Shown here: piece by piece, positions 52,608 to 64,000 of the stretch
Layout: the number at the start of each line of letters is the position of its first letter
How positions within the stretch are numbered: the stretch's first letter is position 1
NCBI RefSeq assembly: GCF_001194135.2
Contig: NC_068992.1
Location: forward strand, 31,845,661-31,909,660
DNA length: 64,000 bases
Direction of reading: 5' to 3'
Source of the DNA: Octopus bimaculoides
Taxonomy: Eukaryota
The notes under the pieces: model-generated
Told to the model about the DNA's origin: nothing
The model's input: only the letters and a program-made list of their open reading frames with translations
The model's database searches: none
Position numbers and translations under genes: made by a program

Positions 52608-54042
52608 TCAACCTTAGGTATAATTTTCATCTGTATTAGTTGTAGATAAACGCATAAACAAAGGGGACTGAAAAACTGTATATAACAAAGAAAAATTAAT
52701 TATCACTTAAAGCTCACAAACTACAGTATAACACAAACTACAAAGTCGAATTGGAACGCCGCATTTACTTCCAGAGTCTAAACGTGATATCAGTGGAACG
52801 GAGAATGCAAAAAATTCCAAATAACAGTGATAGCAAGCATATTAGTAGTAGATGCGGACAAGGACGAAGAATATTGATAATGGTATGTAAATGCAGAATA
52901 TAATCTATATGTAGAAAAAATAAGGAATCTTGCTTTTCAAAGACTTTGTTCAAAAATCAATTTTTTTTTTCCAGTGAATGCCAAATGCTATATGATTATC
53001 TTTTATATATCTATCTCACTAAATATGCTGCACGATACCGAAAATTTCTCTTCTACGCTCACAATATATGCTCTATGAAAGCAATCACTTCACTAATGTA
53101 CCCACGCCCACAAAGTCACAAACACTGCGTTCGAAAAAAGAAATGAAGGCAAAGGGAAACTATGAATTGCATCGGACACGGTGACGAAATTCGAAAACTT
53201 CCCCAAAGCAACTTTTTACAAAATAATCACCCGTATTTACAAAATAATCACCACAGCTTGTCGAACAAAGTTAACGTCAAGGAACACCTAAAAAAATGAA
53301 AGAGAAATCAACAAATTCAATACTTGTGATTCTCCATATAAAAATATTCCCAAATATGGACAGGATCAGAAGAGAATAAATAACTGTTAGAATGATTTAT
53401 AAGTAAATAAGTCTACAAAAACATGGAGAAAGTTATGATACTGAGTAAGGTTATGCATTCAGTAGAAGTGTTAATAGCTGAGATAAATTGATTTAATAGC
53501 AGTTGAATGAGGCATTTTTCGCTGGAAATAAATAGAATACAAATTGTATGAAAACATATATTTGCAATAATAAAAAGCTGAAAAGCCAGATTTATTTGAA
53601 TAGGAGGGAAGATATTTCTCATAAATTGAGAGTTTATGTCATTGAGAAAATGCAACGTTTTAAAGATGAATTATTTGTAATGTTTCCTTCAATATGTAGC
53701 AACATCATTCAATACCCGATAAGTGGAAGACAATGAATATCTGAAGGTTTATGAAATTTCTGTTAAATATTTTGCAAACAATATAAACACAGCTAAAATA
53801 ACTTCCATTCCCTCGATTCTTTTGAATACTCACTCCTAAATAATATTTCTACAGTTATGCACACAACAAAAGAGTGTATCGAAGAGACCTATGGTGATAA
53901 TCTAGTAGATATTGATGAAGTTTCCGAAATGAGACGAAAGTATTGTGTAAATTAAACGTGCTTGACATAAGTGATTTAACAAAACTAACACGGTATATAA
54001 TAATTATGAAAGTACTGGCAACCCAACATCATCAACATCACA

Positions 54043-54866
54043 TCATTCAAAAGTGACTGGACATAATAGAGTCATTTCATCTCTGCCGGGTGCATTGATA
54101 AATCTCAGCGTGTTAGTGAAGCCTGAACCAGATTTTCCATCAGTCACAATCACTAGAGGAACTCCCTTGAAGATAAACCCATGGTCATACCCAGCTTCCA
54201 GAGCTCTTTGGATACGTTTATCAACAATCTCAGTTCATTGACTGTCTCTTTTCTCTTCATAATAAATTGGAATAATTCCTCTATATATGTGAGCCTGGCG
54301 AGCAACCTTTTCAGTTTTAGTAACAGCCAGTATTGGACAACGTGGACGATAGGCAGATATAAGATGAGCTGACCTTCCTGTTGTTGTAATAACAATGATA
54401 GCAGCAGTATGACACTTAAATGAAGCTTCAACAGCTGCAATTGCAACAGTGTGGGTAGCATCTGTTAGAGTTGGTATCTAAACGTTTGCGTTCTTCTTAG
54501 CCATCATACGAAGAGCATCGAATGGATAGGAGCGTTTAGCAGTTTCTCCCGATAACATAACACAGTCTGCACCATCAAGAACAGCATTTGCAACATCACC
54601 AGCTTCAGCTCGAGTTGGACGTGGTTTCTTCACCATACTTTCCAACATCCGAGTGGCACAAATAACAGGTTTACCTGCTTTGTTGCATTTAGCTACCATC
54701 ATCTTCTGAGCTAAAAACACTTTTTCAGGGGGAATCTCAATACCCAAATCGCCACGTGCAACCATCACACCATCAGTTTCCTTCAAAATTTCATCAAACT
54801 TTTTCAATTGACGGTTTTCAATTTTCAAAAAAAATTAATGTCTTTTCCTTTCTCTCCTAGAACTGT
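54043..54866 (-). pseudogene. PK: Pyruvate kinase processed pseudogene (C-terminal half)
   Basis: [88 protein letters not shown] ... [56 protein letters not shown]. No introns over ~820 bp. In-frame TAG (54478-54480), TGA at the conserved Trp (~54236-54238), a frameshift near 54830 and a short internal deletion. Confidence 0.93.
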
Positions 54867-55496
54867 ATTTATTATGATANNNNNNNNNNNNNNNNNNNNN
54901 NNNNNNNNNNNNNNNNNNNNNNNNNNNNNNNNNNNNNNNNNNNNNNNNNNNNNNNNNNNNNNNNNNNNNNNNNNNNNNNNNNNNNNNNNNNNNNNNNNNN
55001 NNNNNNNNNNNNNNNNNNNNNNNNNNNNNNNNNNNNNNNNNNNNNNNNNNNNNNNNNNNNNNNNNNNNNNNNNNNNNNNNNNNNNNNNNNNNNNNNNNNN
55101 NNNNNNNNNNNNNNNNNNNNNNNNNNNNNNNNNNNNNNNNNNNNNNNNNNNNNNNNNNNNNNNNNNNNNNNNNNNNNNNNNNNNNNNNNNNNNNNNNNNN
55201 NTATATATATAATTTTAAGATAAGCAACAAAAATTCAATAGGTTATAGCAGTACGTACGTTTCCTACAAGTTCCATTTATTCATTTAGTGAGAACACCAC
55301 AGAATGTACAATGAAAATGTACTCCTCAGCTGCATAATGGTATTTCATTTTAGAAAGACATTTTGAAGATGTTTGCAAAAACAAGAGTAAGAGAAGAAAA
55401 CATACCATCTAGACTGTGCTGCTGTTCAACAGATTAGTGAATCAAACAAGAATATAAAATCTAATTGGAGGGATAGTAGTAATTTCAAAAATAGAG

Positions 55497-58112
55497 GAAG
55501 GTAGATTTAGTAGTGATGGACAGCAGGTTAGGGGTAAATCAAGCATGAGGGAAGAAAAAACAATTACTATTCTAGCATTTCTCCTATACTCCTTAACAAA
55601 GCTCTCATTTTTGCTAAAAATAGATCCCTAATTACTAGAGAAAAAAATTACATAATTCTTTTATCTAGAAAAACCATCATCGAATTCGAAGATAAACTCT
55701 GGACCAGATCTGACACCCCTGAAAACTTTGATATCCCAATGGGATCGAGTGATTCGGCTGATATATCAAATTTGGTTGGAGCATATCTTTTATATTGCCT
55801 AAATAGGGAAATTTCTGAAATCCAAGGGGGCCTTTACAGGGATGGTGCGTTATTTAACATCCCCACCAACAACAAATCAACCATAGAGAGAATGAGAAAG
55901 AATATTAGAAAATTCTTTAAAAGCTTTAACCTTAGTATTACTTTTGAATATGGTACTAAAATCGTTAACTTTCTTGATACCACTCTTAATATTAGCTCTA
56001 AATAGCACTATCCCTATAGAAAGGAAAATGAAGTCACTAAGTATGTAAATAGATCATCGAATCACCCCCCCCCCAAATATTTTAAAATCTATTGTAAAAA
56101 TCATTTCCGATAGATTAACTAAACTGTCATCAAACCATGACATCTTTAAATCCAATTCTCATTACTACAATGAAGCTTTATCGGGAGCGGGCTATGACCA
56201 AACAATTTCTTTCCTTATTCCTAAATTTATTAAATGTGATAGTAACAATAATGATAATGATACTAATAACGATAATCTAATTATCCTAAATAATGTTACC
56301 AATAATAAAAATTTAATTATCGTAAACAATGGTAAGAAAAGACCTACTAATAATAACCTATCCTACTTAAACAATATGAATAAAAATGGAATACAACCTG
56401 ATAATGCCTACACAACCATAATAACATCAATAAAATACCTAGCTTAAGAAATTATAATAATGACCATAAAAATAGGAAAATTACTTTACATAAAAAAATA
56501 GATCCCAATAAGAAAACTACTAATGATAATAGAAACAATAATATAACCCCAAATACTTATGATAACCACAAACCCCCTTCATATTACAAATTTAGAAGAA
56601 AAAATTCTATATGGCTTAACATCCCTTACAACTATGCAGTATCTTCGAACATCTATAAGAAATTTATGGATATCTTACAAAAATATTTCGACCCTAACCA
56701 TAGATATTATAAAATGTTCTCTAAACACACAATCCGTATCTCATACTCTACTCTCCCCAATATAGGATCTATTATCTATAAGTTAAATAGAGAGAACATT
56801 GAACTAGCTAGAACCCTTGAAAATAAAAGTTGTCTTATTATTGATAACAATACTAATAACTACCAAACAATTAATAACACCAACGCAACCAATGATCACG
56901 CACATGTTAATGAACATATTAATACTTCAACTGTTAATATAGTTGATGAGATAAATCTTCCTAACTCAAACAATATCAATTGCATATCTAATAATACGAC
57001 AAACAATATTGATGTAACTAATTTAGATACTTGTATCAATAATCAACATAGCAATATATATATAACTAATAAGCCCCTTAATTGCAATTGTAGAATTAAA
57101 GCCCACTGTCCAGTATCTGGCCGTTGTTTAACCCGTAATGTAGTCTATAAATGTACAATAACTACTCCAACTAATAATTACATTTATGTTGGTTGCACAA
57201 TCAACCTTAAACAACGATTACATAATCGTTTTTCTTCATTTAGACTTAAACATAAAGCACATCAGTATCTAATAAAATTTGGGAATTGAAGGAAAATGGT
57301 ATCGATTTTAATCTTAATTGGGAAATCCTCAGGAGAGCACAACATTATAGAAATAGTAGATATGGCTGTGGACTGTGCTCTATGGAAATTTACGAAATCT
57401 TTAAACTTAAGGATAATCCTAATCTAATTAACAATAGATCTGACCTTAGGGTTCTATGTGTGCATTGTTACTCCCGCACCTTTAAATATTTTAAAAAGTA
57501 AATCTTGCTATTTTTTTTTTTTAGTTTCTCTCATTTCTCTGACTATTAACTATTTTATTCGAGTTATAACTTTTAATATAAACTTAGAATACATTTGAAC
57601 CTTTACCAACCCACTGATAGTATTCCTACATTTTCTCTAGGTAATTCTGAGTGCCTTCTACCTATTACTTTTTCGAAAACCTTAGCTTTAATTCTCTTAA
57701 TTTAGTCCTGTTTTTCTAATCCTTATTCCTCCTCCCTTTTTTCCTCTTCCTTCTTCCCCCTTTTTTTCTGTCCGGTTTTGGCCATTAATATTATGGTTTT
57801 ACTCATAATTAATACTACCCCACATTAATGTATATATTATTTTAACTAGAAATGTTTATCTTGTTCTAATTATTATTGTTCCCTATTGTTTTAAACTTAG
57901 TAAGTTAGTGTTTCATTGTATTATTCTAATTATACTGTAGAATATATATATATTTTTTAATACCTTGACCTTAATTCTCTTACCTTAAATTTTTTCCAAA
58001 TTCTTACCACTCCTTAGGGAATTATTATTCCATTTCCCATTTTTTTGTTTTTTTTCCCCCTCATGCTTGATTTACCCCTAACCTGCTGCCCATCAATACT
58101 AAATCTACCTCC
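55497..58112 (+). mobile_element. Penelope-like element 5 (Neptune-like RT + GIY-YIG), 5'-truncated, least decayed PLE here
   Basis: FDIPMGSSDSADISNLVGAYLL..GLYRDG (YRDD site with lesion), VNFLDTTLN, YVNRSSNHPP, RKNSIWLNIPYN, KHTIRISYSTLPNI, CNCRIKAHCPVSGRCLTRNVVYKC..YIYVGCT..LKQRLHN, WEILRRA..CGLC..LINNRSDL..CVH (stop 57501). Pyrimidine-rich 3' UTR. 55497-55563 is an inverted copy of 58045-58111. Clade label comes from motif style. Confidence 0.93.
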
Positions 58113-58148
58113 GTAGTTATAATGTATAAAACGAGTAAGAGAATAAAA

Positions 58149-58149
<1 letters not shown>

Positions 58150-58242
<93 letters not shown>

Positions 58243-58294
58243 GTGTGTGTATGTGTGTGTGTGTGTATGTGTGTGTGTGTCTGTGTGTGTGTGT
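58150..58294. repeat. (CA)n(TA)n(TG)n self-complementary microsatellite
   Basis: Directly visible. Confidence 0.97.
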
Positions 58295-59356
58295 ACTCTT
58301 TATTCTGTTACTCGTTTTATATATTTTGACTGCAGATAGCCATATTTAGTGATTTAATATCATGCTCAATGTAAGTGTATACACTTATAGGTCGATGGAA
58401 ATGTGGATTTGTCTGCACTTAATATGTTCAAAACAAAATATCTAGTGGTAGGGGACGAACGTTGTGGCAGCAGACTCATAAGAACAGATGTTTTTGTTTT
58501 CAACTTCCTTCAACATGCCATGTTATTGAAACAGCAATAAATTAAACGGGACTTTGTGTATCGTACTAAATGTTATATTACGCTATTCGAATTCATGAAG
58601 CAGTGAACATGTCTGAGGAAAAATGTCGTCATAGACTTGTATTTGTAGTACAATATATATCATAATGAGACTAATACACATAAACGCACATACACACACA
58701 TACACACACACGCACTCACATACATGTCACAAATTAGTATATCACTTTACAACATTCATTATATGGAACATTTCCTTTGTTTCTACTTTTTCAAATCATA
58801 CCTGATGCCTATCATGTCTGCCTCAAATTTTTAATCTAACTAAAATTATTGCTTTTTATTTTTTATTCACACAGTTTGATATGAATAGATTTGGAATTAC
58901 GGTGAAAAGCCACAAACCATATACAATAATAAAATACAATCAATTAATATTATTATACAATCTCGAAAAAATGTATTGAATTTTAAAATTCAGTTAAATA
59001 ATAATTCATGTAGAAAAGTCATATATTGTTCAAATACTGTTTCTCAAATGTTTTTTTAAATTTATTTAAAACCATTTTTTCCGTTGAGTTTATATATAAT
59101 GCAGCTTTATCCACAGAAGACTTCAGAGATTCGTATTATACAATATTCATTAGACATTTGTCACTATAATACAGCTATCCTTTAGGAAAAGTTTATATTT
59201 TATGCACCTAGTACATTATTTATATATGAGTATATTATTTATATGCGTGAGTGTATGCGTGTGTATCGATATGTTTTGTGTATGTGTGTTTGTGTGTGTG
59301 TCTGCTATGTGTGTAAAATTAAAGCATTTAAGGTAAGCAATTTAGTTAGGGATGTT

Positions 59357-59512
59357 ATTCGATTGTATTCCCCCCAGTGCTGAAATGGTACTTCTGTTAC
59401 CGACCCCGAAATGAGGAAAGGTAAAGACGACTTCAGTGGATTTTCAATGCAAACGTTAGCGACAGAAGAAATGCTACAATGCATTTTGTCGAGTGTGCTA
59501 ACGGTTCTCCTA
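59357..59512 (-). mobile_element. SINE family 3
   Basis: CGACCCCGAAATGAGGAAAGGTAAAGACGACTTCAGTGGATTTT...GCATTTTGTCGAGTGTGCTAACGGTTCT; homologous to 5490-5612. Confidence 0.75.
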
Positions 59513-59877
59513 ATTAATGTTAATATTTTAGCACATTCCTTCTGCTAATATTGCTATTAGTCTTGTTGTGGCTGCTGTCATTACTACAATTGTTTGCCTC
59601 AAGTAGCAGTAATGTCGGTATTTTGGATTTGATCCTTTAAAGATTGAGAAACATTTCATCATTTTACCTGAGCAATTTGAAATAAGGAAGGAACGTTGAT
59701 AGGCGTGGCACCTATCTTTCAGAGTCACCTTCATGTTCTTTATTAACTTTCCTGACTATTGAAGCTGATGCGCTAGTTGCAAAAACGGTGTTTCCGTTGG
59801 CAATTAAAAAAATATTTATTCCGCCAAGTGTTTGCCACAAGTAGATGAGAAGCACAGTTGTTAACAAGACCTATTTG

Positions 59878-60227
59878 TTGTATGCTTCAGTCATTTGACT
59901 ACGTCTATTATGCTGGGTGACCTCCTCGAAGGAATTTAGTGAAGCAGATCGACTTAGAGACTTTTTTCTTAAACACTAGTACTTATTGTATTTGTCTCTT
60001 TTGTCGAACTACTACTTTCTGATGACGTAAACACACCAACATCGGTTGTCAAACAATGGTGGAGGAAAAGCACAGACAGAAAGACACACAGATACATATA
60101 TATGCTTATTTATACCTATATACGACAGGCTTTCAGTTTCAGATTACCAAATCCGCTCACAAGGCTTCGACCTGCCCGAAGCCAAAGTAGGAGACACTTA
60201 CCACCAGTGTCACATAGTGGGACTGAA
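59878..60227 (-). mobile_element. SINE family 1, decayed copy lacking the extreme head
   Basis: TTCAGTCATTTGAC (tail), ACGTAAACACACCAACATCGGTTGTCAAAC, short CA/TA tract, CCAAATCCGCTCACAAGGCTT, GTGGGACTGAA. Confidence 0.8.
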
Positions 60228-60339
60228 TGTTGAACAATATGTACTGTACAAAATATTTCGGAATTTTGCAAATTTTAAACTAATATCCATACGTCAAATC
60301 TTACAACTAACTTTATGCGAGCGTTTATAGCAAAAGCAT

Positions 60340-60400
60340 GGTGGTGGGAGTGGTTATGGCGGCAGCGGCGGTGGTGGTGGTAGTGGTACTAGTAGTAATT

Positions 60401-60491
<91 letters not shown>

Positions 60492-60620
60492 GATGATAAC
60501 GATGATGATGAAGAGGAGGGGTAGAGGTGGAATACTATTGCTACCGTGATTACTAGTGCCTCTACTACTACTAGTACTACTACTACTACTACTCCTGCTG
60601 CTGCTGCTGCTGCTGCTGCT
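60340..60620. repeat. Compound trinucleotide region (GGT/GGC)(TAT)n(TAG)n...(TAC)n(CTG)n
   Basis: Directly visible. Confidence 0.95.
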
Positions 60621-63321
60621 ACAAAGTGCCATTAGAGGTTCGACTAAATACGTGAGTGAATCATTAGGGGATACACATAGGAGAAGAATAAATTTTCAAT
60701 GCGACATTTTCTCCTCCATCTTATTTGCTATTGCAGTGAACAATCTATGAATTATTCTAAAAAATGTAATGAACGATACTAGGCACAATATGACATGTGT
60801 ATCATCTCATCTGTATAGTGGATTGATGCCAGAACCCATTTAAGCTTTTAGAGAAAATTTTCGAAAATTGAAGTGGAATGCATGTGGAAAATATCATCAC
60901 GCATTGAAATGGAAGACTGTACAGTTAAAGGTACGTGATGTAAGTATTATTGCGTAGAAGATGAACTAATGAATATATATAGGAGAACAGGCACGTAATT
61001 CAGAATGCATAGGAACATTCGTGGACTCTATCATGTTGTCGATATTGTACGCTAAATTCTTATTTACTTGGATTGTTATATAGCCTATTTAATTAAAATT
61101 TGTTACGGTCAAATTCGTTTCTGTGTACTGTAATTCATCTATTCTCTGTGTTGATAATGATCATCATACTTCAGCGAGCTCTGTAATGAAATGCTAATAT
61201 CGATATCCATTCCATCATTTTAAAACAGCAATTATGTTTATGGCTTGCATTATAGTAGCAATATTTCATTGGGTTTGGTGTATTTGCAGAAGAGACGCGT
61301 TTATTTTAATTGATCCAGGTTTTATCAAATGCTATCAGAATTTTTAGTTTAGCGTTTCTGACGAAATTTTTGCGAATGATGACGGTTCAACAGATCTGTA
61401 GCAACATAAATATAGTTTAGATATATTTTGCTTTCATGGCATAACTCGAGAGAAATGGGGTCCTTCATTGGTGTTAACTTCTTTAGTAGTAGTAGTAGTT
61501 GTTGTTACTGTTGTCATTACAAGTATACTTAACTCTTGGTATTTGAACATTTGGTTTTGCTTTGCCCTTCGAGACACGTTTTGTTCAAGCATTATAATTT
61601 CAAAGTTCTGTTAGTAAGAATTGTGAGCAGAAGAGTTGCCTTGCATACATGGGAATAGAAAACAAAAATAAAACACTTTTGTTTTACCAATATATTTTTC
61701 CATCCAAAGTGGATAAGGGTCATGACTAAAAACAACAATGTTAAAAGTGTCTGTAAACAGCGATACAACTTCAAAGCATAGAATCAAATGCACATCAAGG
61801 AAATTTGAATTAAATGCATAATTATGGAAATGTCCCAAAATTTCTTTGTCAAATGAATTAACTTAAACACAGCGATATTAATTTGGATGACAATTGCACT
61901 GGCGATTCTGCTTATACATTATGTCAAATACTGTGGGCCGCACACAAACATTATAAAAATGAGGAGATAATAGTTTGATTACAGATTCGCGCATAGACTT
62001 AAGGAATGGAATTTTATAAAACATAAATCAGATAAATCCATGGAAGAGCAAGTAGAAAATCATTATTAGAGACAGAAGCTGTGTAATACCAAATAGCAAT
62101 CTTTATGTACAAGTAAACAGAATTCTCACCTTAACAAAAAAAGGAACACTCTCCGTAAAGCAAAGGGAATGAAGTTTATCTGTTAGTTTTTTGGTAAGGT
62201 GAGTTATTGAAAAGAAAGGTGGTTTTCTTCTGTTGGTTGTTTCCTCGCATTCGGTAGTAAAAACTGGGAATAGAAATTTCCCTTACGAATTTTTTTACAC
62301 ACTGGTTTCTTGATAAAATTCTTGTAAAAGAGTTTTATCCCTTTTTGAATTTATTAATCAAATATATACACGGAATATATTCAATGCGGAATTGTTTTAT
62401 TCCTGTCTCAACACATGTGCCAAGANNNNNNNNNNNNNNNNNNNNNNNNNNNNNNNNNNNNNNNNNNNNNNNNNNNNNNNNNNNNNNNNNNNNNNNNNNN
62501 NNNNNNNNNNNNNNNNNNNNNNNNNNNNNNNNNNNNNNNNNNNNNNNNNNNNNNNNNNNNNNNNNNNNNNNNNNNNNNNNNNNNNNNNNNNNNNNNNNNN
62601 NNNNNNNNNNNNNNNNNNNNNNNNNNNNNNNNNNNNNNNNNNNNNNNNNNNNNNNNNNNNNNNNNNNNNNNNNNNNNNNNNNNNNNNNNNNNNNNNNNNN
62701 NNNNNNNNNNNNNNNNNNNNNNNNNNNNNNNNNNNNNNNNNNNNNNNNNNNNNNNNNNNNNNNNNNNNNNNNNNNNNNNNNNNNNNNNNNNNNNNNNNNN
62801 NNNNNGGTCGATACATAGTTGAGTTATTAAAAAGAAAGGTGGTTTTCTTCTGTTGGTTGTGTTTCCTCGCATTCGGTACTAAACATTTTTTTACACACTA
62901 GCTTCTTGATAAAATTCTTGTAAAAGAGTTTTATCCCTTTTTGAATTTTATATATATATATATATATATTTAATTATATGTATTTATTTTATCCTAATTA
63001 ATAATAATTCGGATAGAATAAATGGGTTAATAGAAACCAGGGTAGCAAATATCACAAGTAACTGTGGTGTAATTCCTGTTTGTGAGACAAAATCTCCTTG
63101 ATATTTTGGGTATTTGAGTATATATAAATTTGAGGAATGGAGTGAACGCATGTTATAACTGCATACTTTATTCCGACATATGTTTCGAAGAATTACAAAT
63201 TATGCGATCCATAGGAATCGTCGATGTTAAAAATGTAAACTTCTCCTCAGGGAAATGTATGGGAACCATCTTAAACTTAAGACGTTATGACCGAGTATAT
63301 CTAGTTTTTTTAGGTTTTGTT

Positions 63322-64000
63322 TAATGCAATCTTTATACCTCTTTCTCGGTTTCTGCCGCGGTCGCTCATCAGAGCTGAGCTCACCATAATATAAGCACTT
63401 CGGCAAACGATCATCCTTCATTCTACTTACATGCCCAGTCCATCTCATTTGGGCCAGGATAATATGTTTTTCAATTGAGCTACATTGCGCCCTACGCAAA
63501 ACCTCTGTATCTGCTACGAAACTCTTCCATTTTACTCCTAGGATGCGCCTTAGACACTTTTGATGAAACCTTTCTACCCTCTTTACATGACGCTTGTAAG
63601 TGGTCCATGTTTCGCCTGAATAAAGAAGTGCAGTCAATACACACGCTTTGTAGATGCTGATTTTTGTCTGCAGGGAGATATCTCTATCAGCCCATACTCG
63701 CTTTTCAAGCTTTCCAAATGCAGCACTTCCATTCGCTATTCGATAATATATTTCTGCATCAAGACCACCATCCCTTGACAGCGTGGTTCCAAGGTAAACA
63801 AAGGTGTCAATGACTTCTAATCTTGTTCCGTTCACAAAGATGTTTGGTTCAGTATATATTTGTCCAGGTGTGGGGGTAAACATTACCTTGGTTTTTCTCA
63901 GCCTTACTGTGAGTCCAAAATATGTACATGCAGTGGAAAATCTATCCATTAAATGTTGCATATCTTCCTCTGTGTGTGCCAGCAAGTCAGCATCATCATC
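63322..64000 (-). mobile_element. RTE-clade LINE, RT C-terminal region (continues beyond the window)
   Basis: Open frame: DDADLLAHTEEDMQHLMDRFSTAC..FGLTV..KTKVM..LEVIDTFVYLGTTLS..EIYYRIANGSAAFGKL..KISIYKACVLTALLYSGETW..RFHQKCLRRIL..WTGHVSRMKDDRLPKCLYYGEL..PRKRYKDCIK; the 3' end is truncated. Confidence 0.95.

Noticed and set aside
54478-54828. Functional pyruvate kinase exon
   Set aside because: In-frame stops, a frameshift, a deletion and no splice boundaries; treated as a pseudogene.
60852-60930. 79-nt exon-like segment with two open frames
   Set aside because: Isolated, frame ambiguous and unrecognised.

Overview
AT-rich animal genomic DNA, very rich in microsatellites, with 12 N-gaps, most of them flanked by simple repeats. 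The SINE families and repeat landscape resemble an octopus (coleoid cephalopod) draft genome; this is inference from pattern recognition, not a database result. No intact protein-coding gene can be supported with confidence. Recognisable content is mostly decayed mobile DNA: six Penelope-like element (PLE; RT + GIY-YIG) copies at five loci from at least three lineages, R4/Dong-like pieces, an R2-like fragment, the 3' part of an RTE LINE, a near full-length decayed mariner, a Tc1/mariner fragment and three tRNA-derived SINE families. There is also an intronless pyruvate kinase pseudogene (54043-54866, minus). The most structured region is 33.4-38.7 kb, where several unrelated retroelements sit in an (AAT)n tract, including two oppositely oriented copies of one PLE family with inverted terminal repeats. 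Hammerhead-ribozyme-like cores and some unidentified exon-like segments are low-confidence leads. I found no evidence of a clearly novel biological system. All translations and alignments were done by eye.
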